Assembly (NCBI GenBank): GCA_051252135.1
Contig: JBPOGH010000012.1
Location: 71,098 to 135,097 of the forward strand
Direction: 5' to 3'
Source of the DNA: Verrucomicrobiaceae bacterium
GTDB taxonomy: Bacteria; Verrucomicrobiota; Verrucomicrobiia; Verrucomicrobiales; Akkermansiaceae
DNA: 64,000 nucleotides
Below, piece after piece: positions 61,500 through 64,000 of the stretch. The notes under the pieces are model-generated. The model saw nothing but the letters and a program-made list of their open reading frames with translations, made no database searches and was not told the origin of the DNA. The stretch's first letter is position 1, and each line of letters starts with the position of its first letter. The position numbers were made by a program, and so were the translations under genes.

Positions 61500-63158
61500 G
61501 TTCCAGGCACTCACCAGCGCCTTGAGACCCGCCATCTCAATCGAGGGATCAACCCCCACGCCCCACAGAATCCGCCCGTCCGTGTGCCGCAGCTGAACAT
61601 ACGCCGCCGCATCCGAGCTCGACCCACCGCGCACCGCGTGCGAACGGTAATCCGTCAGTACGAAATCCTTCAGCCCCGCCTTTTCCAGCGCGTGCACAAA
61701 CCCGTTGATCGGACCGTTCCCGATCCCTTCCACCGAAAGCGATTTTCCACAAACCTCGATCTCCGCTTTGCACAGCACTTCCCCACGCTCACCCGCATGG
61801 TGATCCAGCTCATAATCCCGCAAAACCATCGTCGACTCCACATTCGTGAACTCCTCAAAGAACACCTTCCCCACCTCATCGGCAGTCAGCTCTTCCCCCC
61901 GCTCGTCAGCGAGCTCATAGACCCGCTTCCCAACCTGGGGATGCATCGTCTTCGGCAAATCAAAGCCATGCTCCTGATCAATGATGTACGCCACACCCCC
62001 TTTTCCACTCTGCGAATTAATCCGCACAATCGCTTCATAGCTCCGCCCGATATCATGGGGATCGATCGTCAGATAGGGCACGCCCCACCGCTCACCCTCT
62101 TCCTTCGCCCGCCGATCCAGCCCTTTCTTGATCGCATCCTGGTGCGACCCTGAAAACGCCGTAAAGACAAGCTCACCCGCATACGGCTGCCGCTCCGGCA
62201 CCACCATCCGCGTCGTCCGTTCGTAAACCTCACGCAAGTGGGAAAGGTTGGAAAAGTCCAAACCAGTCTCAATCCCGTGGCTGTTCATGTTCAGCGCCAC
62301 GATCACGATATCCAGGTTTCCCGTTCGCTCCCCGTTTCCAAAGAGCGTTCCCTCCACCCGATCCGCACCCGCCATCAGGCCCAGCTCCGTCGCGGCCACA
62401 CCGGTCCCGCGATCATTGTGCGTATGCAGGGAAATGATCACCGCATCCCGCTTCGAAATATTGCGGCACATCCACTCAATCTGGTCCGCGTGCACATTCG
62501 GAGTCGTCCACTCCACCGTCGCCGGCAGATTCAGAATCATCTTCTTCTCCGGCGTCGGCTCCCACACCTCCATCACCGCCTCACAACACTCCAACGCAAA
62601 GTCCAGTTCCGTGTCCGAGAACGACTCCGGCGAATACTGCAGCACAATCTCCGTCTCCGGAATCGTCGGCACCAGTTCCTTCACCACTTCCGCACCCGTC
62701 ACCGCGATCGCCTTGATATCCTCGCGGGACGCATCCCCAAAGGTCACCCGTCGCTGCAGCGTCGACGTCGAATTGTAAATATGCACAATCACCCGCTTCG
62801 CCCCCTTGATCGCCTCAAAGGTCCGCTCGATCAAATGCCGCCGCGTCTGCACCAACACCTGCACCGTCACGTCATCAGGAATCCGACCCTCTTCAATCAG
62901 ACGACGCATGAACGCAAACTCCGTATCGCTCGCCGAAGGAAACCCAATCTCGATCTCCTTAAAGCCCACCGCCACCAGCATATCAAACATCTCCAGCTTC
63001 TCCTCAACCGACATCGGAATCGGCAAGGCCTGGTTTCCGTCGCGGAGGTCGACCGAAGCCCAAATGGGAGCTTGCGTGATCGTACGGTCGGGCCACGTCC
63101 GGTCGCGCAAGTCGACGGCCGGGAAAGGGCGGTATTTGGTGATGGAGTCTGGGTTCAT
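61485..63158 (-). CDS. leuA: 2-isopropylmalate synthase (yeast/actinobacterial-like type)
   Basis: DLRDGNQAL, YSPESF, NLPATVE, HTHNDRG, GNGERTGN, AFSGSHQDAI and NSQSGKGG motifs. Confidence 0.96.
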   Translation of the reverse strand: MNPDSITKYRPFPAVDLRDRTWPDRTITQAPIWASVDLRDGNQALPIPMSVEEKLEMFDMLVAVGFKEIEIGFPSASDTEFAFMRRLIEEGRIPDDVTVQVLVQTRRHLIERTFEAIKGAKRVIVHIYNSTSTLQRRVTFGDASREDIKAIAVTGAEVVKELVPTIPETEIVLQYSPESFSDTELDFALECCEAVMEVWEPTPEKKMILNLPATVEWTTPNVHADQIEWMCRNISKRDAVIISLHTHNDRGTGVAATELGLMAGADRVEGTLFGNGERTGNLDIVIVALNMNSHGIETGLDFSNLSHLREVYERTTRMVVPERQPYAGELVFTAFSGSHQDAIKKGLDRRAKEEGERWGVPYLTIDPHDIGRSYEAIVRINSQSGKGGVAYIIDQEHGFDLPKTMHPQVGKRVYELADERGEELTADEVGKVFFEEFTNVESTMVLRDYELDHHAGERGEVLCKAEIEVCGKSLSVEGIGNGPINGFVHALEKAGLKDFVLTDYRSHAVRGGSSSDAAAYVQLRHTDGRILWGVGVDPSIEMAGLKALVSAWNLLRE

Positions 63159-63270
63159 CGTTCGGCTGTTAGGTTTTAACGCCGACCCCTTTCTTGGCAA
63201 GTGCTCGTTGGACGCAATCCACCCGTTAATCGGGGTTCAGAAGTTGGCCAAATAAACACAAATACTCGGA

Positions 63271-63315
63271 TCAAAGTCCGAGTCGCAATCCAAGAAGCAG
63301 GGCCAACTGAGTCAT
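63271..63315 (-). CDS. leuA leader peptide MTQLALLLGLRLGL
   Basis: ATG ACT CAG TTG GCC CTG CTT CTT GGA TTG CGA CTC GGA CTT TGA: 7 of 14 codons are Leu; ends 112 nt upstream of leuA. Confidence 0.8.
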   Translation of the reverse strand: MTQLALLLGLRLGL

Positions 63316-63401
63316 TACCCCGCCACCTTTCCCCACCAAAGCCCCTTTGTCACTCCAAATCCACCCTTCAAAACTACCCCCGCCCACTCTACACTCCTCC
63401 C

Positions 63402-63923
63402 GTGAACGATCTCGTGATGAATGAAGAAATCCATCAGCGCGTCATCGTCGAGATGGTCCCCCGCGCCGAAAAGTTCCTCTGGGTCGTCACCGCCGACGTC
63501 AAAGACCTCCACGTAAAAAAAGGCCGCCGCTTCGTCCCCTTCCTCGAAATCCTCTCCGATCTCGTCCAACGCGGGGTCGCCGTCCGCCTCTTCCACGCCA
63601 AGGAACCCGGCCCCCGCTTCCGCGCGGACTTCGACAAATACCCCGCCCTCATCGAGTCCGATCTCTTCGAACGCATCCTCTGCCCCCGCATCCACACCAA
63701 AACCTTCATCGTCGATGGCAAAGAAGCCTTCGTCGGCTCCGCCAACCTCACCGGCGCCGGCGTCGGCGCCAAAAGCCCCTTGCGCCGAAACTTCGAGGCC
63801 GGCTTCGTCACCGACGAATCCCGCCACCTCGACCCCCTCATGGAATGGGTCGACCAACTTTACCTCGGCGACTTCTGCCAAAAATGCCAGCGCCGTTCCA
63901 CCTGCCCGGACCCCATCGCCTGA
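63402..63923 (+). CDS. Single-HKD phospholipase D/Nuc-like protein with C-terminal Cys cluster
   Basis: HTKTFIVDG...GSANLT...NFEAG; C-terminal CQKCQRRSTC; start GTG 63402 or ATG 63417. Confidence 0.8.
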   Translation: MNDLVMNEEIHQRVIVEMVPRAEKFLWVVTADVKDLHVKKGRRFVPFLEILSDLVQRGVAVRLFHAKEPGPRFRADFDKYPALIESDLFERILCPRIHTKTFIVDGKEAFVGSANLTGAGVGAKSPLRRNFEAGFVTDESRHLDPLMEWVDQLYLGDFCQKCQRRSTCPDPIA

Positions 63924-64000
63924 CTTATACCAAGTAGAGTTTCAAAAGAGCCAAATGCCGGAACGATTTTCTGGAATGGCAAGGCATGACGAGCGAGTGG

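Overview
Gene-dense bacterial window, most likely Verrucomicrobiota (inferred from a PEP-CTERM protein, a PSCyt1 cytochrome domain, an SHD1 protein, a dimeric GlyRS and weak Shine-Dalgarno usage). Contents in order: a 2-oxoacid dehydrogenase E2/E1 block, a dynamin-like GTPase, housekeeping genes, an SDR-UxaA-SDR-FAH sugar-acid cluster, an NRDE/ATP-grasp/acyltransferase/DinB/GNAT cluster, glyQS, dGTPase, a CzcCBA-type metal efflux locus, secreted glycan/surface proteins (PEP-CTERM LamG, PL6 lyase, a 2347-aa repeat protein), a two-component pair, a complete porin-urtABCDE-ureABCEFGD urea locus, SMUG1 and leuA. The most notable item is absent from the ORF track. It is a 66-codon minus-strand ORF (20267-20467) with two in-frame UGA codons, each followed by its own SECIS-like hairpin. 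It is a candidate membrane-anchored double-selenocysteine microprotein heading the NRDE/ATP-grasp/split-OlsF-like operon. Other unannotated elements: a Leu-rich leader peptide upstream of leuA, a 56-aa HupE/UreJ-like peptide coupled to ureD, a Cys/His-rich RPPP-type leader upstream of czcCBA, and three sigma-54 motifs. I saw no rRNA, tRNA, CRISPR array or transposase. All product calls come from motif recognition by eye, not database searches.
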